Assembly (NCBI GenBank): GCA_963699475.1
Contig: CAVOUA010000013.1
Span: forward strand, 4,978 to 68,977
Length of the DNA: 64,000 nucleotides
Origin: an uncultured Ignavibacteriaceae bacterium
GTDB taxonomy: Bacteria > Bacteroidota > Ignavibacteria > Ignavibacteriales > Ignavibacteriaceae
Direction: 5' to 3'
Part shown: piece after piece, positions 11,771 to 21,378 of the stretch
Layout of the letters: each line of letters begins with the position of its first letter
How positions within the stretch are numbered: position 1 is the first letter of the stretch
Made by a program: the position numbers and the translations under genes
Notes under the pieces: model-generated
What the model saw: the letters and a program-made list of their open reading frames with translations, nothing else
Told to the model about the DNA's origin: nothing
Database searches by the model: none

Positions 11771-11810
11771 TAAAAAAATAGGGTGCAAAAATAGCCGTTA
11801 TTCGCACCCT
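11771..11810 (-). terminator. Rho-independent terminator following tRNA-Lys
   Basis: Inverted repeat agggtgc (11780..11786) / gcaccct (11804..11810), followed on the minus strand by a T-run (plus-strand aaaaaaa, 11772..11778). Confidence 0.5.
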
Positions 11811-11813
11811 TAG

Positions 11814-11886
11814 TGCATCCTACCGGGCTCGAACCGGTGACCTGCTGATTAAGAGTCAGATGCTCTACCAACTGAGCTAAGGATGC
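11814..11886 (-). tRNA. tRNA-Lys: tRNA-Lys (anticodon CTT)
   Basis: The reverse complement GCATCCTTAGCTCAGTTGGTAGAGCATCTGACTCTTAATCAGCAGGTCACCGGTTCGAGCCCGGTAGGATGCA folds as a 73-nt cloverleaf. It has a 7-bp acceptor stem GCATCCT/AGGATGC, a GCTC/GAGC D stem, anticodon loop CTCTTAA and a T arm ACCGG-TTCGAGC-CCGGT. CCA is not encoded. Confidence 0.93.
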
Positions 11887-12076
11887 GGGGCAAAATTAAG
11901 GAAAATTTGTACGGGTTAAAAGAGAGGCGGGGATGTCGGTTGTAAAATCTGCAAAATATGATGGTGGACTAAAAATCGATGGATGTTTTTCAAGAAAAAC
12001 TTCCCGATGTAAAATCAAGTGCTTGCTATTTCAACGGCATCAGCATCACCTTCAACATCAGAAGCTGGTGTTGTGT

Positions 12077-12265
12077 TTATTTTTTCTCAACCTTATTATT
12101 CTTTTCAAGTTTTTCAAGAAAGGTATGATACACACTCATAATTTCATCCTTCAAAAAATCTGATTGCATTTCATACTCAGTATATTTATCAAAAAACCGA
12201 TGGGAAAGTTTTGAAAATAATATTTGAGTCAGCAACGCTGCGGTTAAATCTTTTGATTGTTCCAT
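12077..12265 (-). CDS. Small hypothetical protein (62 aa)
   Basis: ORF preceded by AAGAGG about 7 nt upstream of its ATG. It is the last gene of a three-gene minus-strand cluster. No recognisable family. Confidence 0.45.
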   Translation of the reverse strand: MEQSKDLTAALLTQILFSKLSHRFFDKYTEYEMQSDFLKDEIMSVYHTFLEKLEKNNKVEKK

Positions 12266-12300
12266 TATAAACCTCTTTGATTTAAATTGTTTAAAAACTA

Positions 12301-12627
12301 TTAAAGAAATGTTTTAATTGCACTTCCGACTACAACATCAATAATGCCATTGGTAATTTTGGTGATTCGAATTTTCGATAAACCTAATTGTTTAAGGGCT
12401 TCCATTTTAGCGAGATCTTTTTTTCCTTTCAGTAAAAATTCAAAATCTGCCTGGCTAAGCGCACCAGATGCAAGTCCCTCTGTCCACCTTTGAAGGTCTT
12501 CTTTAGTTTTTTCAACAAAGATATTTCCGTCATTAAGGATTTCGTCCTTGTATTCCTCAAGATTTTCTTTTGCATAATCAAGTAAATCATCTTTAATCGT
12601 TGTTACAAAGTCATTAAATGCTGGCAT
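12301..12627 (-). CDS. Hypothetical protein (108 aa, helical, acidic)
   Basis: Intact ORF with AAGGA upstream of the ATG, 9 nt from the upstream lipoprotein gene. No recognisable family. Confidence 0.6.
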   Translation of the reverse strand: MPAFNDFVTTIKDDLLDYAKENLEEYKDEILNDGNIFVEKTKEDLQRWTEGLASGALSQADFEFLLKGKKDLAKMEALKQLGLSKIRITKITNGIIDVVVGSAIKTFL

Positions 12628-12636
12628 ATTTATCCT

Positions 12637-13077
12637 TTATTTTAATATAGATGAATCTATTTTCCCGCTTTCTAGACCAATTATGGTGTCAAATGCATCA
12701 CTGACAAGCTTTTGGGTATCGGTTACAAACATTTCAGAAAGGAGGTCTTCTTCTTCCCATCTTTTTAGAAAACCCCCAAGAAGATTTCCTTCTTCATTAA
12801 GCAATATTTCCCACTGCTCGGCAGAAAGTTCATTGTTTGGTCGTCCGAGTGCGAACTCGTATGCTTTACTTAGTTCTGTTTTCAGGTAAGTCACATCTTC
12901 TTCGTATTCAGCATAGGATGAAGTTGCAAAGGACATAAGCTCTAGAGATTCGACTTTCAAATCCACTGCCTGCTTATATGCTTCAGGACTAAAAACTGAT
13001 ATAGAAGAACAGGACAATAATGACAGACAGAGAGCTAGTGTAAGTATTGATGTGAGTAGTCTTATTTTGATAGTCAT
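12637..13077 (-). CDS. Putative lipoprotein (146 aa)
   Basis: N-terminal hydrophobic leader ending in the lipobox-like LLSC. No recognisable family otherwise. Confidence 0.65.
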   Translation of the reverse strand: MTIKIRLLTSILTLALCLSLLSCSSISVFSPEAYKQAVDLKVESLELMSFATSSYAEYEEDVTYLKTELSKAYEFALGRPNNELSAEQWEILLNEEGNLLGGFLKRWEEEDLLSEMFVTDTQKLVSDAFDTIIGLESGKIDSSILK

Positions 13078-13279
13078 AGAAGAAACCCTATCGATCTGTT
13101 AAAATATATTCTAAGATGATTTAATTTATTATTTAACCTTAATATTGTTTTTTACTTTGGTCTTTCCAGGTCAAAACATCCTGAAAATTATCTTAACTTA
13201 TCGGTGTTAAATTTCAATAAATACAAAAAAAGTAATGATAAATTTATTCCCAAACTTAAAATAAATAATCTTATTCTTA

Positions 13280-14245
13280 ATGGGCTTTGATAAAAAAAAT
13301 TTCTTTGCAAAAGAAGGATTAGCTCCGCTGTTTGTAATAATCGGTGCAAGTTTGTGGGGAGTAGATGGGATTGTTCTTCGCCCCGCTCTTTTCGGTCTTC
13401 CTGTTCCATTGGTAGTCTTTGTTGAAAGCACTCTTGTTGCAATATTACTATCGCCTTATTTTATAAGACAATTGCCGATTTTAAAGGCTTTAAAGAAGAA
13501 AGACTGGCTTGCTTTCTTTTTGGTCGCCTTGTTTGGCGGGGCAATTGGTGCGATGGCTATTACAAAGGCTCTTTTTTATGTGAACTTTGTCAATCTTTCT
13601 GTGGTAATTCTTCTGCAAAAATTACAACCGGTTTTTGCAATAACGCTTGCTGCTGTTTTTCTGAAAGAAAAATTATCACGACAGTTTTTCCTGTGGGCAG
13701 CCCTGGCAATTATTGGTGCATATTTGATGACATTCGGAACTAACCTGCCGGACTTCACAACAGGAGATAAAACAACTATTGCAGCATTGTTTGCATTATT
13801 GGCTGCATTAAGTTTTAGTTCGTCAACCGTCTTAAGTAAACGTGCTTTACGAAATGTTTCTTTTGAAATGGGAACATACCTTCGTTTTCTTTTTTCAGCA
13901 GTTATAATGTTAGTGCTTGTTATTTCTTTAGGTGATATAAAAAACATTTCAGAGATTACTACCAAACAAGCCGTTGTTTTTCTAATCATTGCCTTTACAA
14001 CCGGTGGGGCTGCTATTTTTCTTTATTACTACGGACTGAAAAGAATAACTGCATCGGTTGCAGCTATATGTGAGCTGGCTTTTCCATTAGTTGCAGTTGT
14101 TTTAGAATATATTGTTCACGATAACATTCTTGGTCCGCTTCAATGGATTGGGGTAATAATACTTCTATTGAGTATTGTTAAGGTAAGCGGGATTAATGCT
14201 CCAAACTGGCAGAAGAAAAAAGGGCCTGGTTACTCAAGCCCTTAA
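13280..14245 (+). CDS. EamA/DMT-superfamily transporter
   Basis: 321-aa ORF with about 10 hydrophobic helices in two similar halves, typical of EamA-domain permeases. Confidence 0.85.
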   Translation: MGFDKKNFFAKEGLAPLFVIIGASLWGVDGIVLRPALFGLPVPLVVFVESTLVAILLSPYFIRQLPILKALKKKDWLAFFLVALFGGAIGAMAITKALFYVNFVNLSVVILLQKLQPVFAITLAAVFLKEKLSRQFFLWAALAIIGAYLMTFGTNLPDFTTGDKTTIAALFALLAALSFSSSTVLSKRALRNVSFEMGTYLRFLFSAVIMLVLVISLGDIKNISEITTKQAVVFLIIAFTTGGAAIFLYYYGLKRITASVAAICELAFPLVAVVLEYIVHDNILGPLQWIGVIILLLSIVKVSGINAPNWQKKKGPGYSSP

Positions 14246-14252
14246 ATTATTC

Positions 14253-14816
14253 TTAACCATCGGAATCTTTTTTGCTCCAGGGCGGAACAACATCATTCAT
14301 TCTTGCATAAGCAATTGATTGACCGAGATGTTCATGACAATGAGCGATCATTGATATAATAAAATTTCTTAAACTCATTTTCATTCCAAAAGCTTCAATC
14401 TCCCGGTTTAAATCTTCTTCGGTAAGTGCGGCAATCCTTTCTTTCAGAATATCAAAAGATTCATTCATCTTTTCAATTATTATTGCTTTGTCTGTAGTCT
14501 GGGTATCCCAATTGTTTTCCTTGCTGAAATCCATAACAAAACCAACCTCTTCAGGAACGGTCCCGCCGGAAACAGTAACACAAATATAATTCCCAAAGGC
14601 AACATGCAGATAAACTTCACTGACAGAGCGTACTCCATCCATAGGTCTCCATTCATATGTAGATTGGGGCATAGCATCCGCTAGTTGGGTAACTCTGCCC
14701 CGCATAAAATCAACCTGCCCGAGAAACTCCTGCACAAGAACCGGTTGTTCAGCCAAACTTATTGTTGAAAGCAACAGAACAACACTGAAAAAAAGGACTT
14801 TTTTTAAACTAAGCAT
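14253..14816 (-). CDS. DinB-family (DinB_2-like) protein with signal peptide
   Basis: 187 aa with an N-terminal signal-like leader. The four-helix-bundle His motifs (..YLHVAFGNY.., ..IAHCHEHLGQSIAYAR..) are characteristic of the DinB superfamily. Confidence 0.75.
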   Translation of the reverse strand: MLSLKKVLFFSVVLLLSTISLAEQPVLVQEFLGQVDFMRGRVTQLADAMPQSTYEWRPMDGVRSVSEVYLHVAFGNYICVTVSGGTVPEEVGFVMDFSKENNWDTQTTDKAIIIEKMNESFDILKERIAALTEEDLNREIEAFGMKMSLRNFIISMIAHCHEHLGQSIAYARMNDVVPPWSKKDSDG

Positions 14817-14983
14817 TTGGCCTCCTGTTTAATTTTATAATAATTAATTGACTACTTCTAAAACTTCGAAATTGATTGTGAATGACAGGGTTAGAATATA
14901 TGGAATTTATTTGCCATTAAGCAAGCAAATTTTAAGTAGAAAAGTATCTAAATTGCGCATCAAATTTTTTGAAAGGAAATTCT

Positions 14984-16264
14984 GTGGAAAAAGCAGGTGG
15001 ATTAGCACAAATAAAATCGGGTTTCCAGAAGTCTTTCTGGGTTGCAAATGGAATGGAGCTTTTTGAAAGGCTCGCATATTACGGTCAGGCAACTATACTC
15101 AGTGTGTTTCTTAGAGATCATTTAAGATTTAGCGAGGTTGAAGCTGGCCAACTCTCATCGATATTTGGTGGACTAATATATTTCCTTCCGATTTTTGCTG
15201 GTGCACTTGCCGACAAATTCGGTTTTAAAAAGGCTTTTTCATTCGCTTTTTTTGTGCTGGCAACCGGCTACTTTCTTATCGGCTCAACAGGGATTGCTTT
15301 GTTCTCTGGATATTACTCCGATACAAATCTGTTTATCATTCTAAGCTTTATTTTAGTCTTCACTGCAATTGGCGGATCGTTCATAAAACCAAGTGTGCTG
15401 GGAACGGTTGCATTAACTACCACCTCTGAATCAAAATCACTCGGCTATGCAATTTACTATTGGCTTGTAAACATAGGTGCGGCACTTGGTCCTCTTTTAG
15501 CTTATTTAGTTAGAGATTCTTTTGGAATTGAATTTGTCTATTTGGTTTCTGCAATAAGTTGTGCCCTTATGTTTTTTGTTACGTTGATTTTTTTCAAAGA
15601 GCCACAAGCAAAATTAGACGAGCAAAGAGACAGTATTTTGCAGGTAATTAAAAACCTCTGGACTGTTGTGAAGAATATAAAGTTTATGATATTTCTTTTA
15701 ATCTTTGCTCTTTACTGGATTGTATTCTGGGAATTTTTTATTGTTATACCTTTTTACATTTCGGACTACATCTCCCCCGAAGCGCCTATTGAGTTGATAT
15801 TATCTGTCGGAGCCTGGACAATTATACTTTTACAAATCCCAATTAACAGGTTAACCAAGAATATCCCCACGCCAACTGCAATTATGATTGGGTTTGTCTT
15901 TGCTGCGTTAAGCTGGTTTTTGCTTTACTTCTCGCACCTCGCAGGAATATCAGTCGGCCTTGGATTGATTATCGGGACAATATTTATCTTTTCTGTTGGC
16001 GAACAAACACAAGCACCAAGATTCTATGAATACCTGGCAGACCTCGCTCCAAAAGGACAAGCCGCCTTATTCCAGGGCTTTGCTTTTCTGCCAATTGCTA
16101 TAGCCTGGACGCTGGGGGGAACCTTCGGCGGCTGGATATATCATACTTATGGAAGAAAAGAAGTTGGACAACCCGAAATGGTATTTCTTATTATAGGACT
16201 TGTGGGAATAATAGCCGCCGTTATGATGTTTCTTTATAACGTCTATATGAAAAGGACCCAATAG
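14984..16264 (+). CDS. MFS transporter of the POT/PTR2 (proton-dependent oligopeptide transporter) family
   Basis: N-terminal signature ...GMELFERLAYYGQATILSVFL... (compare the ExxERFxYYG motif) and about 12-14 TM helices. Start assigned to GTG 14984, which follows AAAGGAAA; the ORF track starts it at TTG 14969. Confidence 0.85.
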   Translation: MEKAGGLAQIKSGFQKSFWVANGMELFERLAYYGQATILSVFLRDHLRFSEVEAGQLSSIFGGLIYFLPIFAGALADKFGFKKAFSFAFFVLATGYFLIGSTGIALFSGYYSDTNLFIILSFILVFTAIGGSFIKPSVLGTVALTTTSESKSLGYAIYYWLVNIGAALGPLLAYLVRDSFGIEFVYLVSAISCALMFFVTLIFFKEPQAKLDEQRDSILQVIKNLWTVVKNIKFMIFLLIFALYWIVFWEFFIVIPFYISDYISPEAPIELILSVGAWTIILLQIPINRLTKNIPTPTAIMIGFVFAALSWFLLYFSHLAGISVGLGLIIGTIFIFSVGEQTQAPRFYEYLADLAPKGQAALFQGFAFLPIAIAWTLGGTFGGWIYHTYGRKEVGQPEMVFLIIGLVGIIAAVMMFLYNVYMKRTQ

Positions 16265-16398
16265 GTTTTTTCTTTGTTTTTAAGATTTACACCTGGTCAG
16301 AAAAGCCTTTATTGTTAACTTCTTAAGTTGGCTCTTTACAATGAATCCTTTTTGCTTTTTAACTATCAAATCTTTTGAAATCAATTAATTTATGTAAT

Positions 16399-16788
16399 AT
16401 GACAGCCGGACAAATATTTTTATACGTACTTATTGCTCTAATAGTCTTCTACATTGCTAGAAAATTTTTTCTGATAAGGTCAATTAAGCATTATTCTGCA
16501 CAGGAAGCATCACAAAAAGTTAAAAAAGAGCGAAATGTTGTTTTTCTCGATGTTAGAACCGATACCGAAAGGAAACAGGGTTCAATAAGGGGTTCTTATC
16601 ACGTTCCCATAACATCAATAGCTTCAAGTGAAAACGAGTTAAAAAAATTTAAGAATGCAGAGATTATCTGTTACTGCCGAACAGGGAGCAGAAGTTTAAA
16701 TGCTGCCGCCAAACTTAAGCGACTTGGATTTAATGTGGCTAATTTGAGGGGTGGTATTCTAAGATGGAACGCAGCAGGTTTAAAATGA
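16399..16788 (+). CDS. Membrane-anchored rhodanese-domain sulfurtransferase
   Basis: N-terminal TM helix followed by a rhodanese fold with active-site loop CYCRTGSRS. ATG 16399 chosen (ORF track TTG 16375). Confidence 0.85.
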   Translation: MTAGQIFLYVLIALIVFYIARKFFLIRSIKHYSAQEASQKVKKERNVVFLDVRTDTERKQGSIRGSYHVPITSIASSENELKKFKNAEIICYCRTGSRSLNAAAKLKRLGFNVANLRGGILRWNAAGLK

Positions 16789-16994
16789 TCTGGGTTAGGA
16801 TAAAACTTTTTTTACCTGTTATTCTGGGTGCACTGGGTGGATATTTGTATTACACTTTTATCGGCTGCAACGGAAGCTGTGCAATAACAGGAAGCCCTGT
16901 TAACAGTACATTATATGGGTCTCTTATCGGATTAGTATTAACAGACTGGAAACAAATCAAATTATTATTTATCAATAGGAAAGAAGAAAAATGA
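16785..16994 (+). CDS. Small Cys-containing membrane protein (DUF6132-like)
   Basis: MIWVRIKLFLPVILGALGGYLYYTFIGCNGSCAITGSP... Its ATG overlaps the rhodanese stop (ATGA). Confidence 0.6.
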   Translation: MIWVRIKLFLPVILGALGGYLYYTFIGCNGSCAITGSPVNSTLYGSLIGLVLTDWKQIKLLFINRKEEK

Positions 16995-17197
16995 AAAAGA
17001 ATATGGGATTAATAGATCGCACAGTTAGAACACTTCTGGCGGTTATAATTGCAATACTCTACTTCACAAATCAAATCACAGGGGCAGCAGCGATAATTTT
17101 AGGCCTTTTTGCCGTGATCTTTTTGGTGACAAGTTTTATGAGTTTTTGCCCGCTATACTTACCATTCAAATTATCAACATTAAAAAAATCCAAATAA
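16991..17197 (+). CDS. DUF2892 (YgaP C-terminal-like) membrane protein
   Basis: GLIDRTVRTLLAVIIA...SFCPLY pattern with two TM helices. Its ATG overlaps the upstream stop (ATGA). Confidence 0.75.
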   Translation: MKKNMGLIDRTVRTLLAVIIAILYFTNQITGAAAIILGLFAVIFLVTSFMSFCPLYLPFKLSTLKKSK

Positions 17198-17235
17198 TCA
17201 GGATTTTATATTTACTGAACGGAAAGGATTAGAAT

Positions 17236-17619
17236 ATGCAATACGGATTTTCAAAAACAGTCGATATGAGCTATGAGCAAACAATCGAAAAAGTAACCGC
17301 CGAATTAAAGAAAGAAGGTTTCGGAGTTTTAACATCGATTGATGTTAAAGAAACTCTTAAGCAAAAAATTAATGTGGATTTTAAAAAGTATGCTATACTT
17401 GGTGCTTGCAATCCACCGATAGCACACAAGGCTTTACAGGAAGAAGAAGATTTGGGTTTATTGCTTCCCTGTAATGTGGTTGTCTACGAAAAGGATAACA
17501 AAACCCGAGTTTCAATTTTTGATCCGATGGTGATGACGTGGATAATGGAAAATGACAACATGAAACCTATTGCAACCGAGGTTCAGGAAAAGTTACAAAG
17601 AGTTTTAAAAGCAATTTAA
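17236..17619 (+). CDS. DUF302 domain protein
   Basis: 127 aa. ...EGFGVLTSIDVKETLKQKINVDFKKYAILGACNPP.AHKAL... is typical of DUF302. Confidence 0.85.
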   Translation: MQYGFSKTVDMSYEQTIEKVTAELKKEGFGVLTSIDVKETLKQKINVDFKKYAILGACNPPIAHKALQEEEDLGLLLPCNVVVYEKDNKTRVSIFDPMVMTWIMENDNMKPIATEVQEKLQRVLKAI

Positions 17620-17648
17620 TTAAACAAAGAAAAAAGGAAACAGTAATA

Positions 17649-18020
17649 ATGGCAGAGCATTTAACAAAGAAAACATTTTTAGAAAAAGTATTCGATTATG
17701 AAAAAAACCAGGATTGGAAGTACGAAGGCGATCTCCCAGCCGTGGTTGATTTCTGGGCTCCATGGTGTGGTCCTTGCAAAATGGTTGGGCCCATAGTTGA
17801 CGAGCTATCTACTGAATACAAAGGAAAGGTAAATTTCTATAAAGTTAACACAGATGAAGAGCAGGAGCTCGGTGCAGTTTTCGGAATAAGAAGCATTCCG
17901 TCGCTGCTGTTCATTCCAAAAGAAGGACAACCTAAACTAGCAGTCGGTGCCCTTCCGAAAGAATCTTTCAAATCTGCAATTGAAAAAGAACTTCTCGTAA
18001 ACGAACCAAGCCAAAATTAA
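17649..18020 (+). CDS. Thioredoxin
   Basis: WCGPC active site (DFWAPWCGPCKM) and the conserved IRSIPSLLF segment. Confidence 0.9.
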   Translation: MAEHLTKKTFLEKVFDYEKNQDWKYEGDLPAVVDFWAPWCGPCKMVGPIVDELSTEYKGKVNFYKVNTDEEQELGAVFGIRSIPSLLFIPKEGQPKLAVGALPKESFKSAIEKELLVNEPSQN

Positions 18021-18028
18021 TTACGTCG

Positions 18029-18057
18029 CTGTCGCGGTCATAACTATACCGTGACAG
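18029..18057. terminator. Bidirectional hairpin between convergent genes
   Basis: ctgtcgcggt (18029..18038) pairs with accgtgacag (18048..18057), a 10-bp stem with one mismatch. It lies between the thioredoxin stop and the stop of the minus-strand gene at 18084. Confidence 0.5.
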
Positions 18058-18083
18058 CAGTAACTTTTTCTACAATTGAAAAC

Positions 18084-18560
18084 TCACCACTTTTTATGAA
18101 ATAGATCAAGCAGCCTGCCAAGTCCGGAAGCTTTTGAAAAAGATTTCAAGGGTGGTTCATTTAAATATTTTTTCCTGATTTGATTTATGGTTTCTGTTTC
18201 GTTGGTGTTAAGCTTTCCAATTCTTTCAAATATTAAAATCATTATGGCTGTCTTCAGGGTAGTTGCTTTAACTCTAACAGTATGTGGGGAATATCTTCCG
18301 GGATGAATGTGCACATATTTTTCTGAATTTTCCCCTAATCGAACTGTCCAGATGGATTTATCTTTAAGTCCAATAAGCTGATAATCTCTCCCATCTTTTG
18401 AGAGCCATTTACGGTATTTCTCAAATAAAAATATTTTATTTTGATGAAGATAACCAAGTATTTGTTCTGAAATCTCCAGTGGCGAATAATCTCCGAAATA
18501 CAGATCCATTTGAGACTCGCCGATTTTCAGCAAATGAACTTTTAGCTCTTCCAGACTCAT
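18084..18560 (-). CDS. Hypothetical protein (158 aa)
   Basis: Intact ORF. No family recognised by eye. Confidence 0.6.
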   Translation of the reverse strand: MSLEELKVHLLKIGESQMDLYFGDYSPLEISEQILGYLHQNKIFLFEKYRKWLSKDGRDYQLIGLKDKSIWTVRLGENSEKYVHIHPGRYSPHTVRVKATTLKTAIMILIFERIGKLNTNETETINQIRKKYLNEPPLKSFSKASGLGRLLDLFHKKW

Positions 18561-18667
18561 TGAATTCTCTAACGGACTCTATTTGCTTTTTGATAAAGCC
18601 CGAGTGGTGTTTCCAGCAATTAAGATTTATCGGTGGGGTAATGAAACAGTTTTCTTTCACGTCAGAA

Positions 18668-18934
18668 TCAAATCACAAATTTAATTGCCGGGTGCTTAGT
18701 TAACTTCTGGAAGATTAAATCTCTCACGACTTCTGAGGGTACAACAACGGCAATATTCAAACTGAAATATTTTCCTTTTTTACTGATGTTCGACGGGGTA
18801 AGATCGTAGTCTAAATCAAGAACTACTTCTTCAACTGCGCTAATCATTTCTTCAACGCTATCACCTATAATTTTGTATTGCCATTTACATGGATAGTCGA
18901 TTTGCGGTTTTTTATTTTCCTGATTGAATATCAT
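18668..18934 (-). CDS. DUF493 (YbeD-like) protein
   Basis: 88 aa. YPCKWQYKIIG...V matches the characteristic FPC.F..K.IG start of the YbeD/DUF493 family. Confidence 0.75.
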   Translation of the reverse strand: MIFNQENKKPQIDYPCKWQYKIIGDSVEEMISAVEEVVLDLDYDLTPSNISKKGKYFSLNIAVVVPSEVVRDLIFQKLTKHPAIKFVI

Positions 18935-19054
18935 TCGGTTTGCTGATTACTTTTTTACATAACGAATTTATAAATCTTTAACTTCAAATAAAATTTATTT
19001 CGCTTAGATAATTCTTAATAAATAATTCATTCTCGAAACGGCAGCCATTTATTA

Positions 19055-19930
19055 TTAGTCTTTATTAACTAAAAATACTCCCGCTGTAATTAGCAATCCG
19101 CTGAAGATCATTAACAAAGTAATCTCCTCACTAAGAAACAACCAGGCGGCAAAGACAGTAACAAGCGGCTCAAAATAGAGGAAGGCACCAACCTTTGCCG
19201 ACTCCATGTCCCGTAAAGCCTGCGCCCAAATAACGTATGCAACACCCGAACATAAAAAACCAAGGAAAAGAATCGAGATCCAGCCGATTAGAGAAAGGTT
19301 AATTACTGAGTCGATCGTTTGTGAATCAAGATTGAATGGAATAATTATAAGCGCCATCATCAGGAAAAGATAAAGAATTGTCATTAATGGAGAGTATGAA
19401 AGAGATATCTTCTTGTTTACCATCGAGTAAACTCCCCAGGTAAACGCGCTACCAAGCACAAGCAGATCTCCTTTATTTTCAATTAAGCCGATGTTCGTTA
19501 TATCTCCTTTTCCAATGAGTAAAAGCAGTCCTGCTATTGCAACTAATATTCCAGCAAACTGAAAAAGCGTTATTTTTTCTTTGTAAAAGACAAATCCAAG
19601 CAGTGCCATAAAAACCGGTGCGGTACCAATTATCCAGCCAGTGTTAGAGGCTGTTGTGTACTGCAGGCCGGTTACCTGTATCCATAGGTGGAAAACTGCA
19701 ACAAGCGCAAGAATGAAAATCCAGCCATGACTTTTAAGGTTAATCGAAAAAGTTCTTTTAGTAGACAAGGCAATAATGAATAGAAGAATCGAAGCCAAAA
19801 TCAGCCGGAGGATAATAATTGTAACAGGTTTAATTTCATGCAACACAGTCTTAGTTGCAACAAATGAAGTTCCCCAAAAAATTACTGCAAGAATAATAAG
19901 CAGATAACGATAAGCTTTTGAGGTGGTCAA
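19055..19930 (-). CDS. EamA/DMT-superfamily transporter
   Basis: 291 aa, 10 hydrophobic helices, two EamA-like halves. Confidence 0.85.
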   Translation of the reverse strand: MTTSKAYRYLLIILAVIFWGTSFVATKTVLHEIKPVTIIILRLILASILLFIIALSTKRTFSINLKSHGWIFILALVAVFHLWIQVTGLQYTTASNTGWIIGTAPVFMALLGFVFYKEKITLFQFAGILVAIAGLLLLIGKGDITNIGLIENKGDLLVLGSAFTWGVYSMVNKKISLSYSPLMTILYLFLMMALIIIPFNLDSQTIDSVINLSLIGWISILFLGFLCSGVAYVIWAQALRDMESAKVGAFLYFEPLVTVFAAWLFLSEEITLLMIFSGLLITAGVFLVNKD

Positions 19931-19936
19931 GTTATT

Positions 19937-20449
19937 CTACTTGGATCTTTCTGTTTTTTTAGCAGAAGAATACTTTTCAAGATCATAATTAATCAGCTTG
20001 TTTGGCATATCAACTTTTACGATTTCTACATTTGCGTCATCAAAGAATTTAGTGGCAAGTGTATCATGGTAATCAGAAAAAACTACAACTCTTTTTATAC
20101 CTGCAGCTATAAGTGCTTTTGCACATGTTGTGCAGGGCATATTTGTAACATACGCCATCGCACCTTTAATATTAACTCCGTGTGTGGTTGCCTGAACGAG
20201 TGCGTTTATTTCCGCATGATTTGTTCGCACGCAATGGTTATCTACTATCAGACAGCCGACATCATCGCAATGAGGCTGCCCTGGCAGCGATCCATTGTAA
20301 CCAGTAGCGAGTACAAACCTATCTTTAACTAAAACGCATCCACAGTGCATTCTCGGGCAGGTTGCTCTTTCGGATGCCAGCATAGCCAGCTTTAAAAAAT
20401 ATTCATCCCATGTGGGTCGTCCATTTGAACTCATAATAATAGAACTCAA
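19937..20449 (-). CDS. dCMP deaminase (ComEB-type cytidine/deoxycytidylate deaminase)
   Basis: Zinc-binding motifs HAEINAL and PCTTCAKALIAAGIKRVV. 170 aa. Confidence 0.88.
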   Translation of the reverse strand: MSSIIMSSNGRPTWDEYFLKLAMLASERATCPRMHCGCVLVKDRFVLATGYNGSLPGQPHCDDVGCLIVDNHCVRTNHAEINALVQATTHGVNIKGAMAYVTNMPCTTCAKALIAAGIKRVVVFSDYHDTLATKFFDDANVEIVKVDMPNKLINYDLEKYSSAKKTERSK

Positions 20450-20595
20450 CTCAGGTTATTAGATAAAAATTTAATGAACTGAAAGTTAAAGGATTTTAAA
20501 CGCTTTACAAGCGTAGAGGAAGGTTATTGGACAAAGTTATGCAAGAGAATTGAGGAATTATTACACAAACAAATTACTTCTTTCAACGAAATTTT

Positions 20596-20946
20596 TTAAT
20601 GCGCTAGCTTGTTAGTGATAAGTAACTCCCTCATATATAACCTTACTGCATCTTTAGCAGAAGTTTTGAAAGTGATAAACACATCAAGTCCTTCGTGTTT
20701 TAGAACGTCCAGATTACTTCGGTCCATTCCTCTGGAAATTATAGTTGAACAATCACCAAGTAAAGAATGTATTTTGGTGGGGACAGTGATTCGCCTGCTG
20801 CTTGATTTTTTTTCGCTCAGATCACTTTTTCTGTACTCAGAACCAACAATGTCAGATTCTTTAATATCATAAACAACATATCCTTTTGTAGGGATAAAGG
20901 GTGACTTGATTGTTACCCCGTCGTTCGATTCAATCGCTATTTTCAT
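20596..20946 (-). CDS. NifX/NifB-C-terminal-like (dinitrogenase FeMo-cofactor-binding family) protein
   Basis: MKIAIESNDG...YVVYDI... N-terminus and ...CSTIISRGM....L..L...GLDVFIT....AKDAV..Y, resembling PF02579-type proteins. Judged by eye only. Confidence 0.55.
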   Translation of the reverse strand: MKIAIESNDGVTIKSPFIPTKGYVVYDIKESDIVGSEYRKSDLSEKKSSSRRITVPTKIHSLLGDCSTIISRGMDRSNLDVLKHEGLDVFITFKTSAKDAVRLYMRELLITNKLAH

Positions 20947-20982
20947 CTTGTTTTCTCCTTAATTTGTTATTACAAATCTCTT

Positions 20983-21168
20983 TCAACCAGCTCGTATTGT
21001 GTGAGCTCTTCTCACATTCACGCGGGCTTTTTTTGCAAAGCGTTTATGTCTTTTTGACCGGTGAATCCTGCTGCTGGAACAAATAGGACAGTTTTGTGGA
21101 AACTGTTCAACAGGAATATTCTCCCAATAATATCCGCATTCTTCACATTGATATTTTTTCTTTGTCAT
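20983..21168 (-). CDS. Small zinc-ribbon protein with a basic tail (61 aa)
   Basis: MTKKKYQCEECGYYW...NCPICSSSRIHRSKRHKRFAKKARVNVRR has two CxxC pairs. Start taken at the internal ATG 21168 of ORF 20983..21219. Confidence 0.55.
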   Translation of the reverse strand: MTKKKYQCEECGYYWENIPVEQFPQNCPICSSSRIHRSKRHKRFAKKARVNVRRAHTIRAG

Positions 21169-21378
21169 CAAATAATATCTCCTGCATCTTATCGTTAATA
21201 TCGTTGATTTAAAGAACAAACAGTCTTGAGTAGAATGGTTTATGAACTAAGTAGAGATTCGAAAATGTTCTGGTTATAAGATAACATTTTAAAGTTAATT
21301 GTCAATAGCAATTGTTGAGGAGCAAATGTTGGGGACAAAAAATAGACCGGTGAAAATAATTAATGACCAGAAAATATT

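Noticed and set aside
11933-12163. ORF 11933..12163 (+). Similar cases: 13188..13442 (-), 13207..13431 (-), 14848..15066 (+) and 14907..15092 (-).
   Set aside because: They sit in promoter or intergenic regions, or overlap better-supported genes. Their translations are low-complexity (H/Q/L/K-rich) with no RBS and no motifs.
11887-13077. Integrated element or genomic islet next to tRNA-Lys
   Set aside because: No integrase, no recombinase, and no direct repeat of the tRNA 3' end were seen. There are just three small hypothetical or lipoprotein genes with normal composition.
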